A DNA stretch of 64,000 bases from Nymphaea colorata (GCF_008831285.2 NC_045138.2:31000001-31064000), one strand, 5' to 3'. Numbered from the stretch's first letter, positions 39,270 to 52,900 are shown. The notes: generated by a model not told the origin, from the letters alone. Made by a program: numbers and translations.

Positions 39270-40208
39270 GGCTGTTATACGCTACTTATTATACATATAT
39301 ATATAGTATATGATCTTTAACGAAGAAGATATGGGACCGAAAAAGCGGGAAAAGAAAAGGCCTGATTTCAGTATGCAGTTTCATAATTGAATTTGGATCT
39401 GATTCTGATCTAACATGATTGCATATGAACGTCAGATTTTATCCTGAATCATACTTGGTTCAGAAAAGGCCTGAACATCATTAGATTATACATATAATCA
39501 AATTAGCGGAAGTTGGTACCATTACATCCTTTTTTATCATCAAAGTCAAGATTACTTATTTGTAGTTGCCTTCCTGCACTTTTACGTCAGTTTTAGCTTT
39601 TCTCTTAAGAATATTTTTCTTTCAATTTAACCATCGAACACATTATGCAATCTTGGCATTATGACTTTTAATCGTGCTTATCACAATGTCGGCGATATTG
39701 GATTTCTAGTGGTGGAACGTTGAAATTTCTATGAAGTGTTTGGGTTTCAGCACAGCATGTTGAAATACGTGCAATGGCATCAGGAAAGATGCTTGTCACT
39801 AGAAAAAAATGGAAGGACAGAGGATCCTCGAATGCTATACAGAGCTAAGTTTTCCATTGATTCCACTCCTCAGGGATTAATATTTTTCCTTTTTCTGATT
39901 CTTTAACCATCTTAGTTAATTTGGTTGTCGATTGTTATTTTCTTGTTATCTCTACTCTTGATATCAAGATGCTACCGCCGATTAAAGGTTTGTCCGAATT
40001 GTCCCATTTCAGGAACCAGAACCACGTGAGCGCGTAGATGTGAGACTAGAGACCTGGGAGTGACGGCAACACCAAAGATAACATGCAAAACTTCTTCTTA
40101 AAAAAAAAATGCAACTACAGTAAGCATTCTCGTTGAGCAAAAAAAAAATCTAAATCCTTTACATTTACAGGCTATTTGGAAGGTAGATATACAGGCAAGT
40201 AAGTGACT

Positions 40209-42148
40209 TCAACATCCCAAAATAGAAGGTTTCTTCAGCCAGTATTGTTTGAGCCTTTGCCTTGCATACTCCATATAATCGAAGTCGATTTCATTGACAT
40301 GCTCCTGCACATGGACAAAATTTACCACACGCTGTCAGTATAGAAGCACAAAGCACTTTGGGAAAAATTTGATTGCTTGGCTCAAAGTAATGTGCTATCT
40401 TTGGCCCCAAAAGGAAGGTTATCATGAACTTAAAAGCTACAGTTTCAGAGGCAACATATATCTGGTTACCAGTTCTAAGTCAAACAACAGGAAAAGAAAT
40501 GAGAGAATTTAGTAGCATTACCGAGATGATTCCCCATAAACCCCAGGTCAGATGACTTGCAAGGGTATACTTCTCCACATCGTTCAGAAGCTGCTCAACT
40601 ACAAACTCACTAGTCTCATCACCTGTACGGAAAAGAAACAGCATTTCTGAGTTTCAGATAGGACCTTAATGATATTGTTGCAAAAGATTGTCAACAAGAA
40701 TAGTGAAGCCATTCATCTGGAAAAGAAAAGGGATTCTCAGATTGAGGTCTTGCAACTCTTTTGTAATGGAGACCTGGAGAGTGCATGCAACACTTTTAAC
40801 CTCTTTTAAGCTAAAGATGTCTAAATTATCAAAGCCAATTCAACACATCAACCTGATTTTCTTAACCCTGAAAACGATAAAGGATGCATCAAATGCAATG
40901 TATTTAGTTATTCTGTCAAACAAAGATTTTGATGATTTTGACAGAATAACAAACAAAACTGCCAACAGAAAACATGACATCAAAAAAAAAGAACTAAAAC
41001 CAAAATTTTAGAGATCAATATTTCAGGTGACATCTTCTTTTGAAATCATCTTGTTCATTCACATAAATATGACAGGTCTGCTTTTATATCCCACTGATTA
41101 TCAGGTGCTAAAATCTCAACAGGAAGCGTAAATGTTTTCCATGGGGTTAACAACCTAGTTGATATGAAAAGCTTGCGAAATATTCCAACTAATTTTGGCA
41201 CCAAAACTAGTTCTAGTTGGCTGGGAGATATATTTCAAGCAACAAACATAAACTTCATCAAGGGTATTCTCCAAAATAATTGGGTAGGCTGCATTATTTT
41301 CTGCATCATGTATAACTGCTAATTCAAATTTCCATGTTCTTATTTATTTGACATCTGCCAAGCAAAACCTTTATCAAGAAGGTTTATCTAAATATTCAGG
41401 TGGAATTACGGCCCAGATGGTTCAGACAAGACAACACCTAATGGGTTAAACAGATTACTTGACCCCCTGGACCATTTGCAGATGGTAACATGCAATGCAT
41501 GAAACCTCCATATAATCGAATATTTGTATTGGTATCCAGACACAAATGTACCTGAAGAACTTAAGTACACATGCACAAATCTTTTACGTTGCTCAAGACC
41601 TGTAACACAAGGGAAAGAAAATGAACGGAGTTAGCAAGAAGATTTTCTTCTCCACATTTAGCCATATTGTCTCATAACCGAGACCTCAAAATTTTTCTTC
41701 CTAAATAAATAGCAGCCAATTAACCTGGATATTTCTCGAAGTCCAAAATATGAGGTGTTTCAGTATGATAATCAGCAGCCATCTCACAGAAGTGATTTGC
41801 AATGTCATATGCAACAGGGTTGAAGCCAGCATACTCATAGTCCTAAAAAGGGAGAAAGGAAGAAGAATAAGTTGTTGAGTTAGAGTACAGTACACAACGA
41901 TGATCTCAAAAGGAACACCCAAATATTAGCCATACATATACAGGTAGGCATTCTATCAAATCTTATGGATAGAAAAAATCAAGTTGCTTCCACTTGCCAT
42001 TGTACCAGTCAAATAGTTAGCAAATGGAACATACTATAGACTGCACCAAACAATCAGCTATTCACAGTAGCTGCCTAACTTTTCAGCTTAATTTACGTTG
42101 CCTAAGGTGTTTTAGATTTTCTCTTTGGTTATTACTGAACAGTTAGAA

Positions 42149-42185
<37 letters not shown>

Positions 42186-43341
42186 ACCCACACACATACA
42201 AGTCTGCTCAGTAAAAAGAGTGCTTTTAGTTTTTCTTTTTTCTTTTATTGATTCAAGGTCACAGGATTGAGCTTTAGACCAAACATGTCGTTGAAATATA
42301 ACTTACAAAGGGAGGGAGGTGATTAAACGAATCAAGTGCAATCTGGTACAGTTTTTGAGAGTAACAGATAACCAAGCTTGTATAAAATTTTTAGGGAACA
42401 ACAATCCCAGGGTCTAGGAAAACATGCTTTGACAAGCCAAAAAGCATCTAACCTTTGAATCCTTCATATCCCAGTCTAGTTTCTTTGTCGAAAAGAAAAA
42501 ATCTTAATGCAAAGGAAAGGATGACTTATCTAGGGGGCCATTTGATAGACGTGAAAGGTATTTTAGGGTATAGTGAACGACATACATTCTGTAATCGAAC
42601 ATGGGATAAGTTTTTCTGAAAATACATTATCACCCTTGAAATCCAGGATAGTGTGCCCTGGGAGGATCTGACTATTTTTCCTGAAAACGTCCACCCATCG
42701 TATGCATGAAAAAACTTAGCCTAAATTCTCTTCAGGCTACAGAACACTGCCTACATGATGGAAGAGACAGTCAAAAGTAACTTAGCTGGGCATGAAAGTG
42801 ACATATCAAAAATGAAAAAATTATGAGGAACACTTACTATTATGGTCACAGTTTTGGTTTCCTCGTCCATCATAATGTTACCATACTGCAGATCATTGTG
42901 GCAGAATCCTATATTGTCATTGTCCCTGAACAACTCCTTTTCCAAAGTACTTATCTCCATTTCAATCTTTCCCAGCTCGAATTCTACAGCTTCAGCTGCA
43001 GAACACACTTTTATAGCCGCTTTGAGCCAGTTCCTGTGAGAAGATTTATTAAGTATGTACCTTTGAACTTTCTGTAAGCGACTGAACAGAAGAGATCATA
43101 TACCTCAGCCTATCCCACAGCAGGACATTCCTAGGGCCTGGCATCTCCAGGTCATGAAATTCTCTCAATTTAGCTGCTACAAGTGCAGATATTTCTGGAT
43201 CACGCAGGTCAGATGCTGAAAGAGTCTGTCATGTCGTGAGAAAAGAGGAAACAGAACATATTTAGTCAAGAAAGGATGCAAAATCACAAGTTCAGCAAGT
43301 TCACTATTATTATCAAAGCAATCGAAGGTAAAAACACAAAT

Positions 43342-43382
<41 letters not shown>

Positions 43383-44560
43383 GGATAACATTATGTCCTC
43401 CTCCTCCTACAACCAAATGACTCATAATAAGAGGTAGAATTTAACCAGCAGAATAGGGTTGAAAACATATAAGCGAAAGACAAACCCATTAGTGCAGTAA
43501 AAGAAGCTGGTAACTCACAATGTTGAAATGGAAGCCAATAGGAAACTTATCATACCCCATTCAAGAAAACTATCAGGAATCAAGAAAATACGAGCACGAT
43601 GCAATCTCATTCTCTTATCTCTAAAGCAAACAGAGGAAGAGTTATAATTCAGATGCTAATCATGGGATCCAGAAATAATGGAAGCACGAACGGTTACAAA
43701 ATCTAGCAGTTACTTTATTGATTATGGATCGCTCTGTTCCAATTTAATACACACATTCGTATGATTGAAGCATCAGAATCAGTCAAAAGCTTGATGCACT
43801 TTGATCGTCTTAGCTTAAAAATGAAGTGAAGCAGAAAGAATTGGCGAATTTCAGATGCTAAATAAAACGTCCCAGCAACCACTGTCGAACCAAGCACGGT
43901 CACAAAAGAAAATTTATTCCAACTGATCAATAAGCAGAAGAGTCCTCATAGAATAACAATATCTTTAGGAACAAGGCACCAAGCAGAATCAGAAACCCAG
44001 GGCAGCATCATCCTTTTACAATAAAAAGAAACAAACAGCACAAAGTTGATGTAAATTAGAGACTAAATGAAACGAACTAGCAGCTAATGAGAACATAAGA
44101 GAGGCCAAACCCTTTTTGCTTCGAAAGAAAACAATGGTATTCAAGAAACAAAACAGAAAAGGAGCGACGTGAGTGCCACGAGTCAATTGGAAAGAACTAC
44201 AGGCCTAAGCATTACCCTAGCATGAATGAACTCCTCTACGCGGCCTTCCGGAAAACGGCCCAGAAGTCTCGGCCCCTGCCCATGCTTCGACATGCACTCA
44301 AACGTCCGGATCTCATCATGGCGATCGAAGAAGGCGTCGACCCCTTCGCCGTAAATCCTAACCAAAACCTTCCTGGTGGACGCCCCTTTCTCCGTCTGCC
44401 ACCCACACTTGTACACCTCGTTCGTCATCGCTCCCTTGAGCCGAACGATTCTCAGTTCCTTCTGATCGACGACGTCGTCCCATCCTGACGCCAAGCAACG
44501 AAGGAGCTTCAGCGCCTCGTTGGGAAGGGAATGCTCCGCTTCTCTGTGAACCCCCACCAT
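40209..44560 (-). CDS. Choline/ethanolamine kinase, 7 exons, 341 aa
   Basis: Motifs [19 protein letters not shown], Brenner motif CHNDLQYGN and choline-kinase motif [22 protein letters not shown]. Exons (GT-AG): 44560-44216, 43225-43104, 43033-42838, 41842-41725, 41599-41552, 40622-40522, 40304-40209. They sum to 1026 nt and end in TGA. Confidence 0.95.
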
Positions 44561-46110
44561 CTTGGAAGGAAAAGATCAAGATTCTCCAGGAAATTCCCCA
44601 AGGCAGCCGGTGATTGCCCCCAGAACCAAAACGCAATTCGCCGTCAAAAAAATCTACGAGATACACGCAAAATCCAAATCCTCCAAACCCCAGCCTCCCG
44701 AAATGAACACAGGACAGGACCCAACATGAGGTTCCCGAACACCATGCCGCTTTATCTCCAACCCATTTCGTCCTCCGTGTCTCCGGCGGAAGCTTCCGTG
44801 CCTCCTCCCCTAAGATCACAACATTCCGACGCGCTTTCCTACTTTGATTCAAATGCGCTAACCACGGTGTCATTTCCGACATAAATCCTTCCTCCATCGC
44901 CCGCCACGTTTCTGGAAAAGAAACTATCTTCCAACCATATCTCATCTATTTCTCATAACGCCGAAAGTTTCCTCATTTTGTTGGTCAAAAAAGTGGGCTT
45001 GATTCAGCGATATTTTATAAGTGTCACTCGTTGGTAAAAGCGATCGTTAAGTCGTTAACGGGCGGTGGTTTGAGGACCCCGTAAAGGTTTCTTCGGGTGG
45101 AAGCGTCCACGTGGCGGTCCGTGGTTGGCTTTTGTCCAGTCAAACGGTTAGTGAGCTGGCCGCGCTTTGGGTAGTGACCGTGTTCTAGACGTGTTTCCGT
45201 CCCGAACAAATCTGTTCAGGACAGCTGGAGCAAAAATGTCCCCGCTTTGTCCTACTCAAGAGAAACGTAACGCCATCGGTTGGACTCAAATTTCATGTTT
45301 AATTGGATCTGGCTGTGACTAGTGTCTGGTCCTACCAGGCTTCTTGGCGCACCTAACATGTTGCATGAAACGCACTAGGTCGGCCACTTTGCAGGCTTCT
45401 TGGCTGATGATGAAAATCAATATCAAATATTAAGGCAGCACATTTATGATACACTAAACATATTTCTGCTGTCAAACAGTTTGGGTTGTCATCATAGTAA
45501 GTGAAATTCAAAACTTAGGGACTCACTACTTGTTTGGCTTCAAGTCTTTGCACAGCTCGAGTGTAACTGATCTCTTGGTGCCCAGGTGAAAACGAATGAA
45601 TGATGGTGCAAACCGTGCTTAGATAGCATTTCACTCTCTCGACATTATTGCTCTTGAGAGAGCTAGAAACAAGTACCCAACGATTTTTTTTTTTTATAAC
45701 ATCTCGACCCACTCTCACATCGAGCTTGGGTTCATAACCTCACAAGTCTCAATATGTCCTCATAATTTTGTCTTTTAAAAGATAAGAACCAGAACAACCA
45801 ATCTCTTAGTTAACTGCCTTACAAATCTTCACGAGGATTCAAAAATCTTCAATATATTGTCTTCATGGGGTGCTAATTATAGGCCATGGCCATCCAAGCT
45901 CTTTAAACATCTTTTGCAAATTAAGCCAATTGAGTAGATGTGTCGCTTAGAGGGTGTTTTATTGCGTATTCGTTTTGGAAAAGAAAAAAATCTCTTCATT
46001 TTTGAGTTGAAGCAGTGGATTCAATTCTCACCTGAACCCACCATGAGAACAACTGCAACCACCATGAAAATAGCTGCCCACACCCTAGCTATGTCATATT
46101 GCCTTTCACT

Positions 46111-46484
46111 TAGAGGTGCATAACAAGTCGAGCCAGCTCGAGCTCAATTCGAACTCAACAGTCAAAACTCAACTTGATCTTGACTCATTTATATGCTCGA
46201 GTTCAGATATATGTCAAGTCGAAATCTTAAACGAGTCGAATTTGAATTGCAAAAACTCAAGTCACTTAAACTCGACTACAAAATGAACGTTGGATTATAA
46301 TAGAAGAATAGTAAAACGAGTAGCAACTAAACGAGTTAAATAAGTTAAAACAAAGGAGTTAAACGAGTCGAATGTGTGCTTGACGTTGTATCATCAAGTC
46401 GAGCTCAGGCTTGTTCGATCAAGCTTAAGCAGAGTTTAAGTTTTTCAAATTGAGTCAAGTTCAAATTGGCCATGTGCAGCCCTA
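46111..46484. mobile_element. hAT-type MITE (374 bp), GAGCTCGAG sub-repeat family
   Basis: Perfect 8-bp TSD CTTTCACT at 46103-46110 and 46485-46492; TIRs TAGAGGTGCA / TGCAGCCCTA; internal AACTCGA/AACGAGT repeats. Confidence 0.8.
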
Positions 46485-46964
46485 CTTTCACTTTCCACGA
46501 ATTTTTTCAAAAAAGCAAATTAAAGAATATCAACTTTAATTTACATGTATGTCGAAATCGTCAAGAAAAGATGTCAGGTCTTTTTATATATATATATATA
46601 TATTGCGAACCGTAGCCATGTTTATATTCCAAAGCCAAACAAGAGCAAACAAAATAAATGCAATCATAAAAGAAAGCAATCTAGAAATGTTGCCTGTGAT
46701 TAGACGCTCCATTCGTACCACTTGTACGATGGCAATCACACCCACTGTTGTGACCAAGGATTGCATGTCCATAGTTGTCTCCTATGATTGCATGCGCAGC
46801 TTTTTCCAGCTGCTGTTATGATATTATTATTATTTTTCAGCGGCTGTTATGAAATTATTATTATTGTTGTTGTTGTTGTTGTGAAATCACATGTAAGGTG
46901 ATGTGATCTCCATATGTGAAATTAATTTGTTTTAACACTTAGGGCATATTTCAGAAGAATCTAA

Positions 46965-47225
46965 GGTTGTGTTTGATCACCTCATATCTTAGGTTCGTAC
47001 CTGCATAAAAAAAAATGTGTTAGATATCTTGAAGATCTCAATAACATGTTAAAAAACCAAGAATTTATGGTTGGATGGAAGGAGATCTCAATAACATATT
47101 AAAAACCAAGAATTTAAGGTTGGATGGGAGGAGGTCTGCTCTTAAATTCATGGATCTAAGATCTTAGAATCTCAAGTCATCGCTGGTCTGCATGATCTGA
47201 GATGTGCGGTGAAACAAACACAAAG
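46965..47225. mobile_element. Tourist-like MITE with an internal ~50-bp tandem duplication
   Basis: Inverted ends GGTTGTGTTTGATCACCTCATATCTTAG / CTGAGATGTGCGGTGAAACAAACACAAAG, flanked by TAA/TTA. AGATCTCAATAACAT..AAAAACCAAGAATTTA.GGTTGGATGG is repeated inside. Confidence 0.6.
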
Positions 47226-48528
47226 TTAACATCATCAGTTTTCTTATTTTATGGGGAGAAACACGGCTAAGTAATCGGCAATGGCAAAAACCACACTTAA
47301 CATTTTCATAGTATGTCAAACACAAGTAATGTTTTTGTTCCATTGGTAAGAAATAATTAATCATTCAATCATGGGTTGTTACTAACTTGAGCTTGGTTTA
47401 AGATGATAAATGCAATGCCAAAATGCATTTAATACGATGGCAAATTGTATGTTCATTAGTCCGCATTGGCTTTGTTAACCATATCTGATAATATCAGTAC
47501 ATGATTAATTGTATCCAAGTAACTTAGCATTTTTATTAATATTTAAATAATTATTTGCTTTTTTAACAATGTTACAGAGCTGTTCAAGGAAGACATAATT
47601 GTATTGATAAAGTTACAGAATAAATTTCTCGTCCTACTTTAAGAAGGTAAAACGGTATTTTTTTAATATATTAACAACTAAACCTTCAAAGTAATCTTAC
47701 TTATCTTTTCTATTGTTGACAATTTTCTTGGTGCATTTTTTGAAAATTTCCCCAATTGTAAATTTGTTACCATACATTCATGAACAAACAAATTTTTTTT
47801 TTTCATTCCATAACTTTGAAACATTTTATTTATGGGCCTTTAGTGGACCTGCATGGGCAGTGGATAGTAGTTTGTCCCTCCATAAATTCCAACAGACATT
47901 CACAAGTTACTGTTACCAATAATCATTCTCTTCTCAACCTTTTTCTTGCGCTTTCTTCTTGCTTTTTCTCCAATCCACTTTTATCATTAGAAAAAAGAAA
48001 AAGCCATGTTTCCTGCAGGTGAGGTGGAAGATTCAGGTTGAGTGGAAGATTCTTGATCAGGAACCCACATGATCTAGTCTCTTCCTTTTTCTCTCTCAGT
48101 GGCAAGGGTGCCCCTAATAAAGGAAAGGACACACTGAAGAAAAGGCAGCACCCAGCACAAACTTTTAGTGTAAATGTTCTGGCTGTCAACAGTAACAGTG
48201 ATTTGATGTCACCAATATGCATGGGAGGGCTTAGCCCTTTTACTACAGGAGCCTATGCCCTCATAGAATTGCCATTTAGGACTACCCACATCAATGGATG
48301 CCTCAAGAGAGAGAGGGAGAGAGACTCTGTTGGGTTACTTCTTTTGGAGAAGTTTAAGGTAGGAAGAGGTATTCATTAACATATTTGCAGTGCTGATCTG
48401 CAGTTTTTTCTCTTCCTTTCTATATTTCTCTCAAATTTTTTCCTTTAAACATGTCCTTTTGTCTCTGATAGGTTCTGCTGAGTCGCCTAGCTCACTGCTT
48501 TCTTCTGTCCGAAGGGGCATGGGACGGT

Positions 48529-50615
48529 TGTTAATGTTTCATATCTTCACTATATTTTTAATATGAGTTATGGCGTGAGTTAGTGAGGTGGTTACTTTTA
48601 CTTTATGGTCCATTAGTTCGAAAGTTTCATAAGAAAAAAAAATTATGAAATTATGAATAGTTATTAAAATAAGGAGTTTTATGTTTAAATAGATACAAAT
48701 GAATTGTGTAACTTAAGTCTCTTGGTGACCTATAAATAGGCTATGTATTTGTCATGGATAAAAATAGAGAAATGAAAGAAGCCTTTTATGTTTAAGTACA
48801 TGTATTTCTAGCATTGTGTAGCTAGTTTTCTCTTTCTTTTGAGAATTTTTCAACTCTGCATTTCCAACAAAGTGGTATCAAAGTCAGGTTTGAGGTGTGC
48901 CATGGAATTGCAAATATTACTGCTGAAGCAGAAGTGTTGGAAAGTGAAGGCTGAGTTGAGCACGTAGAGAGATATTGGTAAACATGACATTTGGTATGAT
49001 TTCCTTAAACTTGTCGTGCACTTTGGTTTCTATTTTCAATGGTAAAAACTTATGCTTGTTGGAGCATCAAGACTAAAACATTTTTTATTTCTCAAGATTT
49101 ATGGGATTTGGTTGATAATGATGTCGCTAGGGAGAATGAAAAATCACCTAGAAAATCAGGAGGCAAATTAGAAAAACAAAAAAAAGATGCAAAAGCATTA
49201 TTGGTTTTGCAACGAGCAATTACTGTCTTACTGATAACATTTTGCAAATGCAATCACAGCCAACCAGGTATGGAATATTTTAAAACAAGATTGTCCTGGA
49301 GACAAGAAGGTAGTGACCGTTAAGTTACAAACCCCACATAGAGATTTTGTAACATTTTTTTATGAAAAATGGTAAATATGTGCAAGACTTCTTTTCCAAA
49401 CTTATGGTTATTATAAACCAAATGAGGTCTTTCATAGAGAATATTTCTGATCAAAAGATTGTGGAAAAATTCATAAGTCTTCCTCATAAGTTTGATAATG
49501 TAGTAGCTGCAATTGAAGAATCTAAGGATTTGTCATCGTACAATCTTAATGAGTTTGCGTGAGAGTCGTATGAATAGAGTTGAAGAAAAAACTGTTGAGT
49601 ATGTTCTCTAGACTAGAATGGAAAAATCAAAAGAGAAATTGATTGAATGGACCAATGATCAAAAAGGTGGATTTAGAAGTCACAACAGAGGAGGCTATAG
49701 AGGCAGCTTTTATGGTAGAAAAAGAGGCCGTGGAAGGCATTGTGCATAGTTCTCTAAGGAAGGTAATACCTACAAACCAAACTATAAAACAAAGCAATAC
49801 TTCTGTTACAAAAAAAATTGGGCATATTGAAGCAAATTGCCTTGAGAAAAATACAATATAAGCAAATATTGTAGAGGATTATACTAATTTATTTCTTAAC
49901 AATTGTGAAAAAGCGGCTTGGCTTCTAAACAATGGTTGCAACAATCATATGACAGGAAAGAGAGATTTTTAAAGAGCTTGTAAAGTTGGAGGTCAAGTTA
50001 GGTGATGATAACAAGATAAAAGTGGAAGGAAAACATATTATTGTTGTGAAAATCAAATCAGGCAAAGAAAAATTTATTCAAGATGTGTATTTTGTACATG
50101 GTTTATCTCATAACAAAAAGCCCCATCCTACAAAATAAATTGTTTCCACTTGTGGTTGCAACTATGAATACATGTTCATTAGTGGCTAGTACCAATAACA
50201 AGTTGAAATTGTGGCACATACGATATAGGCACTTGCACCATAGTGGTTTGAATTTATTAAATCAAAAGAATATGTTGCATGGTTTACCATTTATTTCAAT
50301 GGCTGATAAAGTTTGTGAATGTTGTGTTTTTGGAAAATAACATCGAATTTCATTTCCAATAAAAAAAGCATGGAAGGCTAGGAAACCACTTGAACTTCTT
50401 CATGGTGACATTTGTGGCCAATGAACACATTGTCAATAAATAAGAGAAATATCTCTTATTATTCATTGATGATTATACACATATGAGTTGAATTTATTCT
50501 TTTAGCACAAAAATCAGATATCTTTGACAAATTTAAAGAATTTAAAGTGCTGGTTGAAAAAGAAAGTGGTCTACCAATAAAAACATTAGTACTGATAAGG
50601 GAAGTGAATTTGTTT
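48529..50615 (+). mobile_element. Truncated, degenerate Ty1/copia LTR retrotransposon (5' LTR, PBS, gag-protease-integrase remnant)
   Basis: Putative LTR TGTT...AACA at 48529-48869 with CTATAAATAG; Met-tRNA PBS TGGTATCAAAG at 48873. Broken frames give gag (WSIKTKTFFISQDLWDLV; ISDQKIVEK), zinc knuckle (KIGHIEANC), protease (WLLNNGCNNHMTG) and integrase (LWHIRYRH, CECCVFGK, PLELLHGDICG, FIDDYT). The protease-before-integrase order is copia-type. No RT or 3' LTR was seen. Confidence 0.88.
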
Positions 50616-51070
50616 TTGAAAATGTTATTTCAAAAGATAAAAACCCACAAGTTCTATATAAATAGGTGGTTATCATTGGTTTAGAATGTTAGTAGGATGA
50701 TCAGAGGTCTCCCTCTATTACCAAATGATTATATGAAACATTTAAAAAAGGCACTCAATATTTGAATGTATTACCAAGGCCTTCCCAACTTTTGAAGATT
50801 TACTTTTCAGCAAAGTAATTCACAAATAACTGCATTGGAGGGGATAGAAAACACTATATGTGATGCAACTATGCCTAGGTACCCTCCAACACTGGTTTGA
50901 ATAACTAAAGCGCGTTTCTCCTCTTTCCATCCTCGAACGGAGCCAGTTTTATGGTTTCCAATGGTCAACACTGAGAGTATTCATAGGTAAGTCGTGGAGG
51001 CATGGTTACATGTAGGAGGTGCACCATGCACAACCTTTAGCGCACAACATCTGTCCTCTTGGCTCACTTT

Positions 51071-51113
51071 CATTGGGGCCCTAGCCCACTCTCATTGGGG
51101 CCCTAGCCCACTC
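51071..51113. repeat. 22-bp tandem duplication
   Basis: CATTGGGGCCCTAGCCCACTC occurs at 51071 and 51093. Confidence 0.9.
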
Positions 51114-51196
51114 CTAAGATTATATGTCATGCACATGGACTTATGTACAATGCAAAGGTGAACAAGCTTGTGCATATAACCAGCTTGTAAGTTCTC

Positions 51197-51240
<44 letters not shown>

Positions 51241-51519
51241 TGTCCACCTTCCACATTAGTTTAGGTGTTTCGTTGTGTTCTACCATCATTCATTGTTGCT
51301 ATTCATGAATTTCAGCTACCATCTCAACTGCCGGTTTTTTCGTCATCCATAATTGTGCCCAATTTCATAAGAGAATGAGCTTTGTATGTTACTCTATGTA
51401 CACAACAGCCATATACCGGAAAGTGAACCCTACTACCAATATGCATATTTACTTCAATGCCCTAACATTGCACATGCATAGTGAACATTCTTAACAATGA
51501 TGCTATTTCACACCTCTTT

Positions 51520-51710
51520 CATTATCTCATATTCATGTCGTTATCTCTTACTCACTATCTCATATTCCTGTCATTATTTTATAACTATGTCATTATCTCA
51601 TGCCACCCTCTATCATAACATACATATGAGATAATAAAATAGGTATGATAACGACAAAGATATGAGATAATGGCAGGAATATTAGATAATTGGACACGGC
51701 ATGAGTGAAA
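51520..51710. repeat. Fold-back (inverted) repeat built from ATTATCTCAT / ATGAGATAAT subunits
   Basis: About four TATCTC(A)-type units on the left arm, with their reverse complements on the right arm. Confidence 0.6.
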
Positions 51711-52549
51711 CAAAAATCAAAGACACTTCTTTGCCTTTGAGAGAAGTATATTGGTCATAAAAACCTGCATATGTGAACTAACGCAATTAATCAAGTTTGT
51801 ACAATTAATCAAGTTTGTATTTTATCCAATTGCAAAACCTTTGGTCACCAAGTAGCAGCATCTCAGGACCTGTGTAAAAAATTTTCATAAATAAACCGGC
51901 CACTTGCTTCTCACAGCTATGCTGGTGTTGAAAAGGGCGTTTGATAAAAAAAAAAAAACAAAAACAAAACAAAACAAAGATCACCACAGTATTGCTGCTC
52001 CCTCGAAAAATGCCACTCTCCCCACGATATGAATTAGAGACCACCGTATCATATCATCCGTCGTATCATATCATGTATTCTATTAGCACATTACTTACAT
52101 TTTTTGGCAGTATCCGCTAGAAGCACTTTGGAAATTTTCTGGCCGTTTATTTTAGGGGCGATGATAAGTGACAGTCGATATTCATCATTGAGGTATGCTT
52201 TTGTCCACCTTGCAAGGTCCAACTCTGCTTTTCAGACAATAAGCTTTTCACTTTTCAGAGGTAGTCAAATGGTGGTCGTCCACTCCTTCACCGATGCTGC
52301 TACTGCCGCTGCTTGTTCTTCTTCACCGGCCCTGCCATTGCCGCCGGCAGCCGATTCTATAGAAGCTTACGAAATCTAACTTGAAACCCTCAAATTTGTA
52401 ACCTACGTCTACCTTAATTATAGTTAAGCTAATAGTAGCCGCCCATTTGAGATATTTTCTCAAATGTTAAGGCGCCCATTTAACTCCCAAAAATTGGGTG
52501 GTAGTCATTCATATGGAAGGTTAAGCCATTGCATGCCATTTTTACTACT

Positions 52550-52900
52550 AAGGGATGTCAACAGATTGAATTCAAATAAATTGTATGTGTTTTGTGATAC
52601 TTGATGATCATATATTCTTATATTCTGATTCAAATATAAACAAAGAAAGTCCATTCAAATCCAAATTTTAAAATTAAAAAGTTTGAATCTGATCTGATTT
52701 GAATCTAACTTTTAAATTCATAACTAAACTCAAACCACATTATAATACGTTAAGAACCGAATTTCAAAATCTATAGATATTAGACATAGAAAAAATTAAC
52801 TGGCAATCTTAATTACTATTATTATTATTCAATCATGTATTTATGAAAAACTAAATCCAAATCAAAGCCAATCCATTATCATGCCTTAATTCGATCCAAT
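52550..52900. mobile_element. GGATCTGAT/ATCCAAAT sub-repeat family MITE-like element
   Basis: Begins AGGGATGTCAACAGATTGAATTCAAATAA and is colinear with 30077-30465. Confidence 0.5.

Noticed and set aside
41506..41520. 15-nt exact match (CTCCATATAATCGAA) between kinase intron 5 and exon 7 (40269-40283)
   Set aside because: The match does not extend and has no splice sites that would make an alternative exon. It is probably chance or a tiny repair-template copy.
47923..48379. Short ORFs and a moderately GC-rich patch as a possible small gene or miRNA locus
   Set aside because: No recognisable domain, splice pattern, known miRNA sequence or convincing hairpin.
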